This document shows, in pieces, positions 1 through 8,483 of a DNA stretch of 64,000 nt (within the stretch, counting starts at the first letter, position 1; the number at the start of each line of letters is the position of its first letter). Origin of the DNA: an uncultured Candidatus Peribacteria bacterium (GTDB lineage: Bacteria; Patescibacteriota; Gracilibacteria; Peribacterales; Peribacteraceae). The translations under genes were made by a program, and so were the position numbers. The notes beneath the pieces were generated by a model. It made no database searches and was not told the origin of the DNA. It worked only from the letters and a program-made list of their open reading frames with translations. The stretch is taken from contig CAZNPE010000001.1 in NCBI GenBank assembly GCA_964575275.1, forward strand, positions 319,904 through 383,903. Reading direction: 5' to 3'.

Positions 1-1370
1 CACAGGCCATTCGTGCCACACGCGACGCCGCCACAACACCCAGCAACGCTTGTTGCACAAGACTGCCCTGGTGTGCGACAGCTACACATGTAGTTGTACG
101 TTCCATCGTTGATGCCACTTTCGCACAAAGACAAAGACATGAATTGATTCACTGAACCCGGCATCGATGGTACGGAGACGCATTCCAGTTGACCGCTGGT
201 TGTATTGCATCGAGGTTCGTATGCTGGAATTTGGCAGTTTCCATTCATGCACTCATATGGCGCCGCGCATGTCACAGTCTGATGACTTGCGACTCCAGTG
301 GATGTGCAGCACGGCTGTACGTTCTCGCCACACATTGCGTTTTGGCTATACGAGATGACAGGTGTGTCCGAACAAATTGTTGCTGATCCACTATTACATT
401 CCTGTGCAACACAGCGCATGGGGCCACCTGCATTCACAGTTGTACACATGCCATTGTTCTCACATGGTGCCGTTGTGGTTGCCATGATCGGCGCTCCGCC
501 ATTCGAAGGAATGTAGCTGCACGACTGATTGGAAAATTGGCAGATTTCCCCGATTGGCACAGGTGTACCGTCATAGACCTCTCCTGTCCCCATCATGGTG
601 CAGGCCGGTAGTGTTTCCGCTTGTGTTTTACAGATGCCAGTTTGCCCAGGCGACGATGCAGTGGTGAGCTCTACTCCGGCACTGTCGTAACATTTGGTGC
701 CGCTATTCCAGTCGCACATGGTTGGGTAGAGCGCCCCCCAGTTTGTTCCGGTGCAACACTGGGTTCCCATCACATTGTCCCAGAGCCAGCCACACTGCTG
801 ACCTGGGCCAACCGTCGTTGGAGCGTATCCTTGCTGACCACCGTTATAGGTACATTGCGCAACTGGCGGAGTGGCGTCGGTACAGACATTGCAGTATGAG
901 CCCTGACAACTGGAGGCTGGAGGCTGGAGTGGATTCATCGGGTCACCCGGTGGACACTGCCATGTGTTGTTGTACGTGGTGCAGGTGCATCCTATGGACT
1001 GACAGACTTCTGTTGTAGGACATGCCATTGCTTTTGCATTCTCACATTCTTGTTGTGTTGCCCATCCTCCTGTTGTGACTTGATAACACGTCGAACCACA
1101 AGCGCCGTAGGTGTAGCGCATTGTTGGTGGCGGGGGAGTTGGTCCGGGGTCAGAACATGGTGGTTCGCCGGCGGAACACAGCATATACGTCGACCAACGA
1201 GCGGAGCCCACACATGTCTGACCTTGCCCCTCCAGCACACAGTTGCCAATGGAGGTCATACAGTAGTCGCAACTACCCGCAGTTTGTCCGCGCAAAAAAG
1301 AAGAATCTTTTGCGAAAGAAAAGAGAGCAACAATGAGCACGCCTCCGATCAACCCGATCAGGAATTTCAT
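1..1370 (-). CDS. Cysteine-rich secreted/membrane-anchored protein, partial (3' end outside window); paralog of 1489..2916
   Basis: Absent from the ORF track because its stop lies beyond position 1. My hand translation of the minus strand from ATG at 1370 (MKFLIGLIGGVLIVALFSFAKDSSFLRGQTAGSCDYCMTSIGNCVLEG...) stays open to position 1. It has an N-terminal TM helix. The block GSC(D/E)YCMTSIGNCV and the ARWSTY/SRWSSY motif are shared with the next gene. Confidence 0.7.
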   Translation of the reverse strand, partial: MKFLIGLIGGVLIVALFSFAKDSSFLRGQTAGSCDYCMTSIGNCVLEGQGQTCVGSARWSTYMLCSAGEPPCSDPGPTPPPPTMRYTYGACGSTCYQVTTGGWATQQECENAKAMACPTTEVCQSIGCTCTTYNNTWQCPPGDPMNPLQPPASSCQGSYCNVCTDATPPVAQCTYNGGQQGYAPTTVGPGQQCGWLWDNVMGTQCCTGTNWGALYPTMCDWNSGTKCYDSAGVELTTASSPGQTGICKTQAETLPACTMMGTGEVYDGTPVPIGEICQFSNQSCSYIPSNGGAPIMATTTAPCENNGMCTTVNAGGPMRCVAQECNSGSATICSDTPVISYSQNAMCGENVQPCCTSTGVASHQTVTCAAPYECMNGNCQIPAYEPRCNTTSGQLECVSVPSMPGSVNQFMSLSLCESGINDGTYNYMCSCRTPGQSCATSVAGCCGGVACGTNGL

Positions 1371-1488
1371 TCCGGTGTGGTGCAAAAAGGCAGGCACGGA
1401 GAATAGGGTAGCACGCAGGCAAAGATTGCGATGGTTCTACGCTCCATGAAGAATTGACAATCATTCAACCGATTGGCGCGTGATGATT

Positions 1489-2916
1489 TTAGAACGGAGC
1501 AGGCGGTAGGATCGGTCGGCAGATGTCAGCATCTGGCGGAAGATTGCTGAAGCAGCACACAGATGGAGCAGCGCTAGAGGAGAGTGATGATCGTGAAGAC
1601 GAGATCGAAGAGCGAGACGAGGAGAAAGACGATGCACTGGAACTCAGTGTAATACACCGAAGCAATCCCATGCTGGAGAGCGAACATGTTTCTCCTGCAG
1701 TGGCACACATCACCTCTGCTTGCGTGTGCGACACTGTGTCATTGAAGCTGAAGCAACATGGACTACTTCCTGTTGTGAGCTCACATACATTGCCGCTCAG
1801 GATGGGTTGACCAGTCCAGGTGCCGCCAGGCTGGCCACCTGTACTTGTGATCATACATGTAGGGAGGGTGTTACAGATGGGGCTCGTCCGAGATTGGCAG
1901 CGCTTGTAGCCATCTGTGCTTGCACGACACTCATAGTTCGTTGGGTCTTGGCATGGCAGTGTGTTCTGCGTGCCAGGAGTAAATGGTTCATTCTCACTAG
2001 GGGAAAGACAACACCCCCCGGAATTACTCAGTTCACAAATGCCTCCTGGCGCAATGTCGCCACCAGTGTAGTTACCTCCGCCTCCGGCTAGTTCACACCA
2101 GGGCATTGCTGCGCTCATGCAGAATGTTGTGCACGATCCACTCTGAGGAGGATTGCCGAGTACAGGGGCTCCAGCACTCAGACATTCGTACGGATTTGCA
2201 CAGGTAATTGGCGTTGCTGCGGGGTAGACCGTATTTCCGATACAGCATGTACCCATCGCATACTGATCCACGTATCCACAGGCACCTCCCATCGATTGTT
2301 GTGTAAAGGAAGAGATAGTAGTGAGGCTTTGACTACCAATGGTGCACTGAGGGAGTGTTCCTCCGTATGCCGTGTCACACGGATTACATGTGTCCCCATC
2401 ACAGCTTGTTGCGGAGCCTGGGTCGTCACAGCGCATAATTCCATCTGGACCGCATGCGCATCCACTGGGGATACAACCATTCATTCCGCATTGGTTAATG
2501 CGGGCATTGTCACAATCGGTTTGTGACGCGTATGCCAGCGGCCATGACGAATTCGACATGTAGATGCACGAGTCCTGACAGGTATTGAAGTACCAACCAC
2601 TGTATGTTGGCGGAGGTGTTCCGCCGCAACTTGGATTTGGTGGATCACCGCCCGAGCAACTCAAATAGGAACTCCATCGCGATTCTCCAGAGCACTGCCC
2701 CACATTGGAGGGTTCATACACACAGTTGCCGATGCTCGTCATACAGTACTCACATCCTGAAACGGTCTGACCCGTAAGGGGCGTTCCTCTTTGCACAACT
2801 GAAATCACGACGACCGCTGCAATGCCCGCAGCAAGTCCAAGCAGAAATTTGACACCGGTATTATGTAACAAGGCCAGCACGGCGCATAGCGTAACACGAG
2901 TAGTGAGAGTTCCCAC
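1489..2916 (-). CDS. Cysteine-rich secreted/membrane-anchored protein with Ser-rich C-terminal tract
   Basis: 475-aa ORF with about 44 Cys by my count. It has an N-terminal hydrophobic segment and a C-terminal SSSASSFSSSRSSISSSRSSLSSS tract. The listed start is GTG, and the true start is uncertain because the paralog's Met position is GTC here. Confidence 0.7.
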   Translation of the reverse strand: MGTLTTRVTLCAVLALLHNTGVKFLLGLAAGIAAVVVISVVQRGTPLTGQTVSGCEYCMTSIGNCVYEPSNVGQCSGESRWSSYLSCSGGDPPNPSCGGTPPPTYSGWYFNTCQDSCIYMSNSSWPLAYASQTDCDNARINQCGMNGCIPSGCACGPDGIMRCDDPGSATSCDGDTCNPCDTAYGGTLPQCTIGSQSLTTISSFTQQSMGGACGYVDQYAMGTCCIGNTVYPAATPITCANPYECLSAGAPVLGNPPQSGSCTTFCMSAAMPWCELAGGGGNYTGGDIAPGGICELSNSGGCCLSPSENEPFTPGTQNTLPCQDPTNYECRASTDGYKRCQSRTSPICNTLPTCMITSTGGQPGGTWTGQPILSGNVCELTTGSSPCCFSFNDTVSHTQAEVMCATAGETCSLSSMGLLRCITLSSSASSFSSSRSSISSSRSSLSSSAAPSVCCFSNLPPDADICRPILPPAPF

Positions 2917-2958
2917 GATGAAGAATTGACGAGTGCTTTTTGTGGTACGTACTAGAAA

Positions 2959-3939
2959 TTAGCTTCCGACCGGTCGGCACTCGTATGTTCCATCCATGCA
3001 ACACCAATCTGCTGGGCGACGAGGCGAATCGCAATCGTAGTCGCACGTCGTATTGGAATGGTCGTACCTTTTGGTTCCTATGCAATCTGGAACAGTTCCT
3101 GTTTTGGCAGCTGTACATTGAGTACCAAGCGCGGTACCACCGAACCATGATAATGGAGCGCAGCATCGCTCTTTTTCGATCTTGCAGTCAAGACTACAGC
3201 CGTCATCATCGTCAGTGTTTCCGTCGTCACACTCTTCTGCGCCAAACACGATGCCGTCGCCGCAACCTCCAGCACCTTCGTTGCTATTGAAAACTTCGCA
3301 CTGAGTTATGCAACTATCTAACCCTGCGCCTATTTCAGCATCATCACCGTCATACGATGAATAAAAAATGCCTGTATCTTCAATGCAGTTGTCAACGCGA
3401 TAGCTACTAATGCAAATACCTCGGTCATATTCATTCCCTCCTGCATTGCAGCAATACTGGTGTTGACTTACGCATGTCGTAGAACAGAAATCGTCATTAC
3501 TATCATTTCCATCATCACACGCTTCACCAGGATCCTTCTTTCCATCTCCACACACACCACACGGCTGACCAGCGCCAGATGCCCGCGTTCCGCAGGTAGG
3601 ATCACCCGTAAAGCTTATAACACTTCCATCGGTATTGCGTGGACACACAGCGTCTGGTGTATTTCTGCCTGTATTTGAAGCCTGACACACGCCATTGACG
3701 TACGGTACTTGCTGTACACAGCAGTACACTGGAGTCTGGCATGTTCCTGGGCCGATGAATGGGTCGAATCCATTGCAGACAAGCCCGGCATCACATCTCT
3801 CCGTCATGTCGCATGCACTTCCTTCAGTCCCTGCGGCAGGTGGGAGTGCTTGACCACGGATGTCGACAGAACTCACAAAGACCGCAAGTCCGACACCGAT
3901 TGCAACGCCGAGGAAGGGGAGTAGTACGGTTTGCCGCAT
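2959..3939 (-). CDS. Secreted protein with Myxococcus-type cysteine-rich repeats
   Basis: 326 aa with 33 Cys by my count, and an N-terminal signal/TM segment. There are two copies of the CGDG-x5-E(A/E)CDDGN-x5-(F/G)C motif (GVCGDGKKDPGEACDDGNDSNDDFCSTTC and GCGDGIVFGAEECDDGNTDDDDGCSLDC). A TACACT -10 box sits 9 nt upstream of the ATG. Confidence 0.7.
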   Translation of the reverse strand: MRQTVLLPFLGVAIGVGLAVFVSSVDIRGQALPPAAGTEGSACDMTERCDAGLVCNGFDPFIGPGTCQTPVYCCVQQVPYVNGVCQASNTGRNTPDAVCPRNTDGSVISFTGDPTCGTRASGAGQPCGVCGDGKKDPGEACDDGNDSNDDFCSTTCVSQHQYCCNAGGNEYDRGICISSYRVDNCIEDTGIFYSSYDGDDAEIGAGLDSCITQCEVFNSNEGAGGCGDGIVFGAEECDDGNTDDDDGCSLDCKIEKERCCAPLSWFGGTALGTQCTAAKTGTVPDCIGTKRYDHSNTTCDYDCDSPRRPADWCCMDGTYECRPVGS

Positions 3940-4018
3940 CTGCCTCTCAGTGTACGAAAAAAGCCTCGTTCGTTCTACTCGTCATCCCAAAAAAGCTCAC
4001 CGATGCAATCGGGATTCT

Positions 4019-4753
4019 TTAGAAAAGCGCTGCTTTGTCTGCGTTCAGTTCCTTCACATCTTTGAACTTCTGCTTCTCAGAACTGATTGGGTTGTAGATG
4101 GAGTAGAAGAGTTTCACAAGTTCGTCCGTGCCCAAGCGACGCATGGTAATACCAACGTTCTCAAGACCAGATTGCACGAGCGTGATGCGGTCGTGAAGGA
4201 TCTTGCCGTACGCCTTAAATTCGCGGCTGCGTTGGAGCGCCCTGGAGCGAGAGTCATCGACATTCATCCACTCCAGGAAGCGTTGGATGAGACCGCGCTT
4301 GGCCTTGGCTGGAGCATCGATCGGGACGATGAGGTAGAAATTCTTTTGCATGATGTCAGCAACATCGACAAGCTTCTCCATGAAATTGGCGTAGTCGAGC
4401 GTTTGCTCTTTGAGAAGCTGACTCTTTTGCTTTCCAGCCAAGTTCTTTAAGTTCGAGATGTATGGGTCGACGTTAATGCGACTGGAACGAATGAGGATCT
4501 GTACCGGGAAGAGGAGTGTGTTGAGGAACCCCTGGTAACCAGCAATGATACCTTGCTGTTCCACCTCGCTCTTTAAATTGAAGTTGAGCGAATTCACCTT
4601 GAGCACGGCACGGAGACCGCCGTTTTTGAGCACGACTGTGTCCTCCTTGATTTCAGCGATCGGGAGGTAGCGCTGGGTAGAAACCGAGAATGGTTTCTTC
4701 TTCCCGCGGACAGTGTCCTTTGGCTTAGCCGAATTTGGCGTGGTGTTTTCCAT
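4019..4753 (-). CDS. Hypothetical protein resembling the N-terminal (non-ATPase) region of VirB4/TraC-type proteins
   Basis: 244-aa ORF whose ATG overlaps the prgI-like stop (TAATG). The segment LPIAEIKEDTVVLKNGGLRAVLKVNSLNFNLKSEVEQQ...FPVQILIRSSRINVD has the pattern seen at the start of Gram-positive VirB4-like proteins. There is no Walker motif. Confidence 0.45.
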   Translation of the reverse strand: MENTTPNSAKPKDTVRGKKKPFSVSTQRYLPIAEIKEDTVVLKNGGLRAVLKVNSLNFNLKSEVEQQGIIAGYQGFLNTLLFPVQILIRSSRINVDPYISNLKNLAGKQKSQLLKEQTLDYANFMEKLVDVADIMQKNFYLIVPIDAPAKAKRGLIQRFLEWMNVDDSRSRALQRSREFKAYGKILHDRITLVQSGLENVGITMRRLGTDELVKLFYSIYNPISSEKQKFKDVKELNADKAALF

Positions 4754-5412
4754 TACTGAGACTTGAGGAATTGATCGAAGACGTTCAAGGACTGTGCGAT
4801 GCCATCGATACTGCGACTTGGCTGACCCTGCACTTTTACTTTGTCTGCACGCACCGGATACGTGCGTGGAGTTTGTGCTCCTTCAGTCGCAACGACTTCT
4901 TCTTTTGTTTCCACCGACGACTGCGTTGCTGCATCGATGCGTGTGGCGACATCTGGGTTCGATGTTGCAGAGAGATCACTCAGCTCCTTCTGACGCTTCT
5001 CAAGCTGCTTCGTAATTTCAGCGAGCTTCTCGGCATTGGCAGCAACTTTCTTGTTGTTATCCACAAGTTCGGTCGCAGCGTAGCGAGTAATAACGTTGAT
5101 ACTTAAGCCAGGTGACGGACTCCAGTAGCGAGTGTTTGGTTTGTTCATTCCCTCGATCATGAGGAGGATGATATTGAACAAGCTCAAGTCATTGATCTTG
5201 AGGAATGCGAATGCAGCAGCGATGACCGCCGGCGTCCATGTGATGACCACGGTTGCGATGCCAACGTAGCCAGCTTTTGTTGCGGTCGCATACAAACCGT
5301 AGCTGATTCCAGCGCCGATTCCCGTGATGAGAAGCTGTTTCATGGTGATCGGACCGATGATCCGGTCTTCCACGTACACGTTCTGCGGGATTTTGACTGC
5401 TTCAATTGGCAT
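4753..5412 (-). CDS. PrgI-family (VirB3-like) membrane protein
   Basis: The N-terminus VKIPQNVYVEDRIIGPITMKQLLITGIG followed by two TM helices is the PrgI-family signature. It is co-oriented and overlapping with the downstream gene. Confidence 0.65.
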   Translation of the reverse strand: MPIEAVKIPQNVYVEDRIIGPITMKQLLITGIGAGISYGLYATATKAGYVGIATVVITWTPAVIAAAFAFLKINDLSLFNIILLMIEGMNKPNTRYWSPSPGLSINVITRYAATELVDNNKKVAANAEKLAEITKQLEKRQKELSDLSATSNPDVATRIDAATQSSVETKEEVVATEGAQTPRTYPVRADKVKVQGQPSRSIDGIAQSLNVFDQFLKSQ

Positions 5413-5437
5413 GGATGTGTGTGTTTGGTATCTCTTT

Positions 5438-5466
5438 ATTATAGCAGAAATAAGCCATTTTTTGAA
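5438..5466 (-). promoter_or_regulatory. Promoter of the prgI-like operon (TTCAAA-17-TGCTATAAT)
   Basis: The minus strand reads TGCTATAAT (plus attatagca, 5438..5446), a perfect extended -10. A weak -35 (TTCAAA) lies 17 nt upstream. The leader to the ATG at 5412 is 25 nt. Confidence 0.55.
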
Positions 5467-5552
5467 GATAGAAAATGGGGGAGTCCAAGGAGACCGAGGA
5501 AACCAGGGAAACCGACGATTTAGAGCTTGAATCTAGCAAATATGTAACTTTC

Positions 5553-5586
5553 ACCAAAAAGTCCGACTTTCATCGGACTCTTTTGG
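5553..5586 (-). terminator. Intrinsic terminator after clpC (bidirectional hairpin)
   Basis: The stem agtccga/tcggact (5560..5566 and 5573..5579) is flanked by an A-run on one side and a T-run on the other. On the minus strand the hairpin is followed by TTTTTGG, 23 nt after the clpC stop. Confidence 0.6.
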
Positions 5587-5608
5587 TTTCCTTGGTATCG
5601 TTGAATTC

Positions 5609-8209
5609 CTACGCAATGAGCGTCTTTTTCTCGCGCTTCTTTGGAGCAGGCGTCTCATCGTCGTGCATGAGAATAATCTCGTCTTTGTCCTTGCCGACTA
5701 CCTTGATGGTGTCGCCCTTCTTGAACATTCCCTTGAGGATGCTCTCCGCGATCTGATCCTCGACTTTGTCTTGGATCGTGCGGCGGACAGGACGTGCGCC
5801 GTACTCAGGGTCGAAGCCGAGTTCACCCAAGATGCGAATGGCATTCTCGTCAGCGACGAGTTTGTAGCCCTGCTCTTTGATACGAGCTGCGAGGTTGTCC
5901 ACGTGCAGTGTGACGATCTTGCGGATGGCTTCCTGATTGAGCGCATTGAACACGATGATGTGGTCGATGCGGTTCAAGAACTCTGGGCGGAAGTTGTCTT
6001 TGAGTTCGGCGAGGACTTCCTGACGCTTCTCTTCGTAGACCTGCTCTTCACGCTTGGCTTCGGAGCCGAGCTTGAAACCAATCTTGCCAGCTTCCTTCGT
6101 GAGCTTGTCGGCACCGATGTTGCTGGTCATCACGATGATCGTGTTGCGGAAGTCGACTGTCTTTCCCTGACCGTCTGTCAGCTGACCATCTTCCATGATC
6201 TGGAGGAGGATGTTGAAGAACTCAGGGTGAGCCTTCTCAATTTCATCGAACAGAACGACCGAGTAAGGCTTGCGACGAACGGCTTCTGTGAGCTGTCCAC
6301 CCTCCTCGTAGCCGACGTAACCAGCAGTGGTACCTGTGAGACGAGAGACGTTGTGGCGCTCCATGAACTCAGACATATCGATCTTGATGAGCGCATCTTC
6401 ACGCTGGAAGATTTCACTGGCCAAGGTCTTCACGAGCTCTGTCTTACCGACACCGGTTGGACCCATGAAGAGGAACGAACCGATGGGGCGGCGTGAATCG
6501 GAGATACCGACACGGCTGCGGCGGATGGCACGAGCGACTTTCACGAGTGCATCGTCCTGACCAACAATGTGCTTCTTGAGGACGTTCTCCAGAGAGTTGA
6601 GGCGCTTGGCCTCGGACTTCATGAGACGAGAGACAGGGATGCCAGTCATGCGAGCGATGACAGCATTGATGTCATCTTCGTTGATAGACACAGGCGTGCG
6701 GACGTCACCGTCGACCTGACTTAGGAGCACTTTACGCTCTTCGTTGAGCTCTTCCTCTTCCTTACGAAGCTTGAGAGCGTACTGATACTTCTGCTCACGG
6801 ACGGCGAGCTGCTTCTTGGACTCAATGTCTTTGAGCGCCTGCTCGATTTCAGCGAGGCGAGGGGAGTGTTCGTCCTTCAAGTGAATACTCTTTCCAGCAG
6901 CAGCTTCGTCCAGCACGTCGATGGCTTTGTCTGGGAGGAAGCGCTCGGTGAGGTAACGCTTACTGAGCTTCACAGCAGCCTCGATGGCCTTATCGTCGAT
7001 GTTGAGGCGATGGAAGCGCTCGAATGTTCCTTTGAGACCATTGAGGATCGTGATGGCATCTTCGATACTTGGCTCCTCCACCATGATGGACTGGAACCTT
7101 CGCTCGAGTGCGCGGTCTTTCTCGATCGTCTGACGATATTCGTTTGTCGTTGTAGCGCCAATGACCTGGAGTGCTGCGCGGCTCAAGGCTGGCTTGAGGA
7201 TGTTTGCAGCATCGAGTGAACCTTCGGCAGAGCCAGAACCAACAACAGTGTGGAGCTCGTCGATGAACAGGATGATCTCACCCTTTCCTTCGGATGCTTC
7301 CTTGATGATGTCATCAAAGCGCTGCTCGAATTCACCGCGGTACTTGGTACCGGCAATGACAGAGCCCATGTTGAGCTGGAGGACACGCTTATTCTTCAGG
7401 CTCACAGGAACCTTGCCTTCAATAATGCGCTGTGCGAGACCTTCCACAATTGCTGTCTTACCAACACCGGACTCACCAATGAGCACAGGGTTGTTCTTTG
7501 TTTTGCGGTTGAGAATATGTACGAGGCGTTCGATCTCTAAGTCGCGACCAACGATAGGGTCGAGCTTCTTCTCGCGTGCTTTCTTTGTCACATCTTCGCT
7601 GAAGTAGTCCAGCACTGGAGTCTTGCTCTTACCCTCGGCCTTGCGGCGCTTGAGGCCTTCCGTATCACCACCTGGCTGATTCTGCATGCCGGCGAGTGCG
7701 CCCTGGAGACCATGGAAGAAGGACTCGAGAGAGGATTCCAAGTTGCGGTTTTGCTGACGGAAGGTGTTGATCTGACCAAACATTTCCTCGATATGAACCT
7801 TGAGGTCGTCTGGGTTGATCTGCATGCTCTCCAGGAGAGCAGTGGCAGCGTTCTTTCCATTACTGATGAGTGCGTAGAGGAGGTGCTCTGTTCCAATGTT
7901 TGCATGGCGGAACTTGTGAGCGATGAGCACGCTCTGTTCGATGACGGTGTTGAGAGAGAGGGAGAGACCGTGCTTCACGTTCTGACTCTCGTCATCGGTG
8001 CCTTTCTGCGCCTTGATGAGAATGCGGATGTTCTCGTGCGTGACACCAGCACCAGTGAGGATGGAGAAGCCCAAGGACTTCGGGATCCCCAGGAGACCAA
8101 GCAGGAGATGCTCGGTACCAATGTACTGTGCCTTAGTTGTCTTCGCCTCTTGCTCAGCCAGCTGGAGAGCGAGCTTCGCATTTGGGGTAAAACGATCGAA
8201 TGGATGCAT
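5609..8209 (-). CDS. clpC: Clp/Hsp100 AAA+ chaperone, ClpC-type
   Basis: Clp_N repeats (GTEHLLLGLL and GTEHLLYALI), two Walker A sites (GESGVGKTAIVEGLA and GPTGVGKTELVKTLA) and a short middle domain. The start is set to the ATG at 8209 (MHPFDRFT...) because the ORF-track GTG at 8239 lies inside the -10 box. Confidence 0.9.
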   Translation of the reverse strand: MHPFDRFTPNAKLALQLAEQEAKTTKAQYIGTEHLLLGLLGIPKSLGFSILTGAGVTHENIRILIKAQKGTDDESQNVKHGLSLSLNTVIEQSVLIAHKFRHANIGTEHLLYALISNGKNAATALLESMQINPDDLKVHIEEMFGQINTFRQQNRNLESSLESFFHGLQGALAGMQNQPGGDTEGLKRRKAEGKSKTPVLDYFSEDVTKKAREKKLDPIVGRDLEIERLVHILNRKTKNNPVLIGESGVGKTAIVEGLAQRIIEGKVPVSLKNKRVLQLNMGSVIAGTKYRGEFEQRFDDIIKEASEGKGEIILFIDELHTVVGSGSAEGSLDAANILKPALSRAALQVIGATTTNEYRQTIEKDRALERRFQSIMVEEPSIEDAITILNGLKGTFERFHRLNIDDKAIEAAVKLSKRYLTERFLPDKAIDVLDEAAAGKSIHLKDEHSPRLAEIEQALKDIESKKQLAVREQKYQYALKLRKEEEELNEERKVLLSQVDGDVRTPVSINEDDINAVIARMTGIPVSRLMKSEAKRLNSLENVLKKHIVGQDDALVKVARAIRRSRVGISDSRRPIGSFLFMGPTGVGKTELVKTLASEIFQREDALIKIDMSEFMERHNVSRLTGTTAGYVGYEEGGQLTEAVRRKPYSVVLFDEIEKAHPEFFNILLQIMEDGQLTDGQGKTVDFRNTIIVMTSNIGADKLTKEAGKIGFKLGSEAKREEQVYEEKRQEVLAELKDNFRPEFLNRIDHIIVFNALNQEAIRKIVTLHVDNLAARIKEQGYKLVADENAIRILGELGFDPEYGARPVRRTIQDKVEDQIAESILKGMFKKGDTIKVVGKDKDEIILMHDDETPAPKKREKKTLIA

Positions 8210-8231
8210 AGAACTGAAGTGAGGAGAAGAG

Positions 8232-8259
8232 ATTATCACTCTCTATGTCAGAGTGACAA
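8232..8259 (-). promoter_or_regulatory. clpC promoter (TTGTCA-16-GATAAT)
   Basis: The minus strand reads cTTGTCActctgacatagagagtGATAATc. The -10 ends 22 nt upstream of the ATG at 8209. Confidence 0.55.
8233..8259 (-). promoter_or_regulatory. CIRCE-like inverted repeat (TTGTCACTC-N9-GAGTGATAA) overlapping the clpC promoter
   Basis: 15 of 18 positions match the CIRCE consensus TTAGCACTC-N9-GAGTGCTAA, with the exact 9-nt spacer. The two arms are 8/9 complementary. Confidence 0.5.
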
Positions 8260-8427
8260 GATTGAGAAGTGATCGAGAATGTTACCACGCAAATTTCCTA
8301 AAAGTGAAGTAAGTACTGTTGATATTTGAATCGTATGGATTTGAGTAGGTAATTGTTGAAAATAATTAACATTTGTAGTTTTGAGGCTTAGGCCATCATT
8401 TTGCATGAGAAATAGCCTGATTCTCGA

Positions 8428-8461
8428 CAAAAAAGCCACAGAACGACGGTCGAGCTGTGGC
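8428..8461 (-). terminator. Intrinsic terminator after the AI-2E transporter gene
   Basis: The minus strand reads gccacag-N13-ctgtggc followed by TTTTTTG, 22 nt downstream of the stop at 8484. Confidence 0.55.
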
Positions 8462-8483
8462 CGAGAAGAGCGAGAAAGGAGAA

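Noticed and set aside
5663-6496. Long antisense ORFs inside well-supported genes. Examples: 5663..6496 and 7712..8272 in clpC; 9093..10139 in the AI-2E/pilin genes; 8248..8919; 21276..22076; 22306..22896; 27407..28015; 42335..42982; 49378..50211; 51270..52040; 55971..56765; 56956..57678.
   Set aside because: Each lies opposite a gene with clear family motifs. They have odd composition (Arg/Ser/Cys/His-rich or low complexity) and no promoter at the characteristic distance. They are shadow ORFs of the true coding strand.
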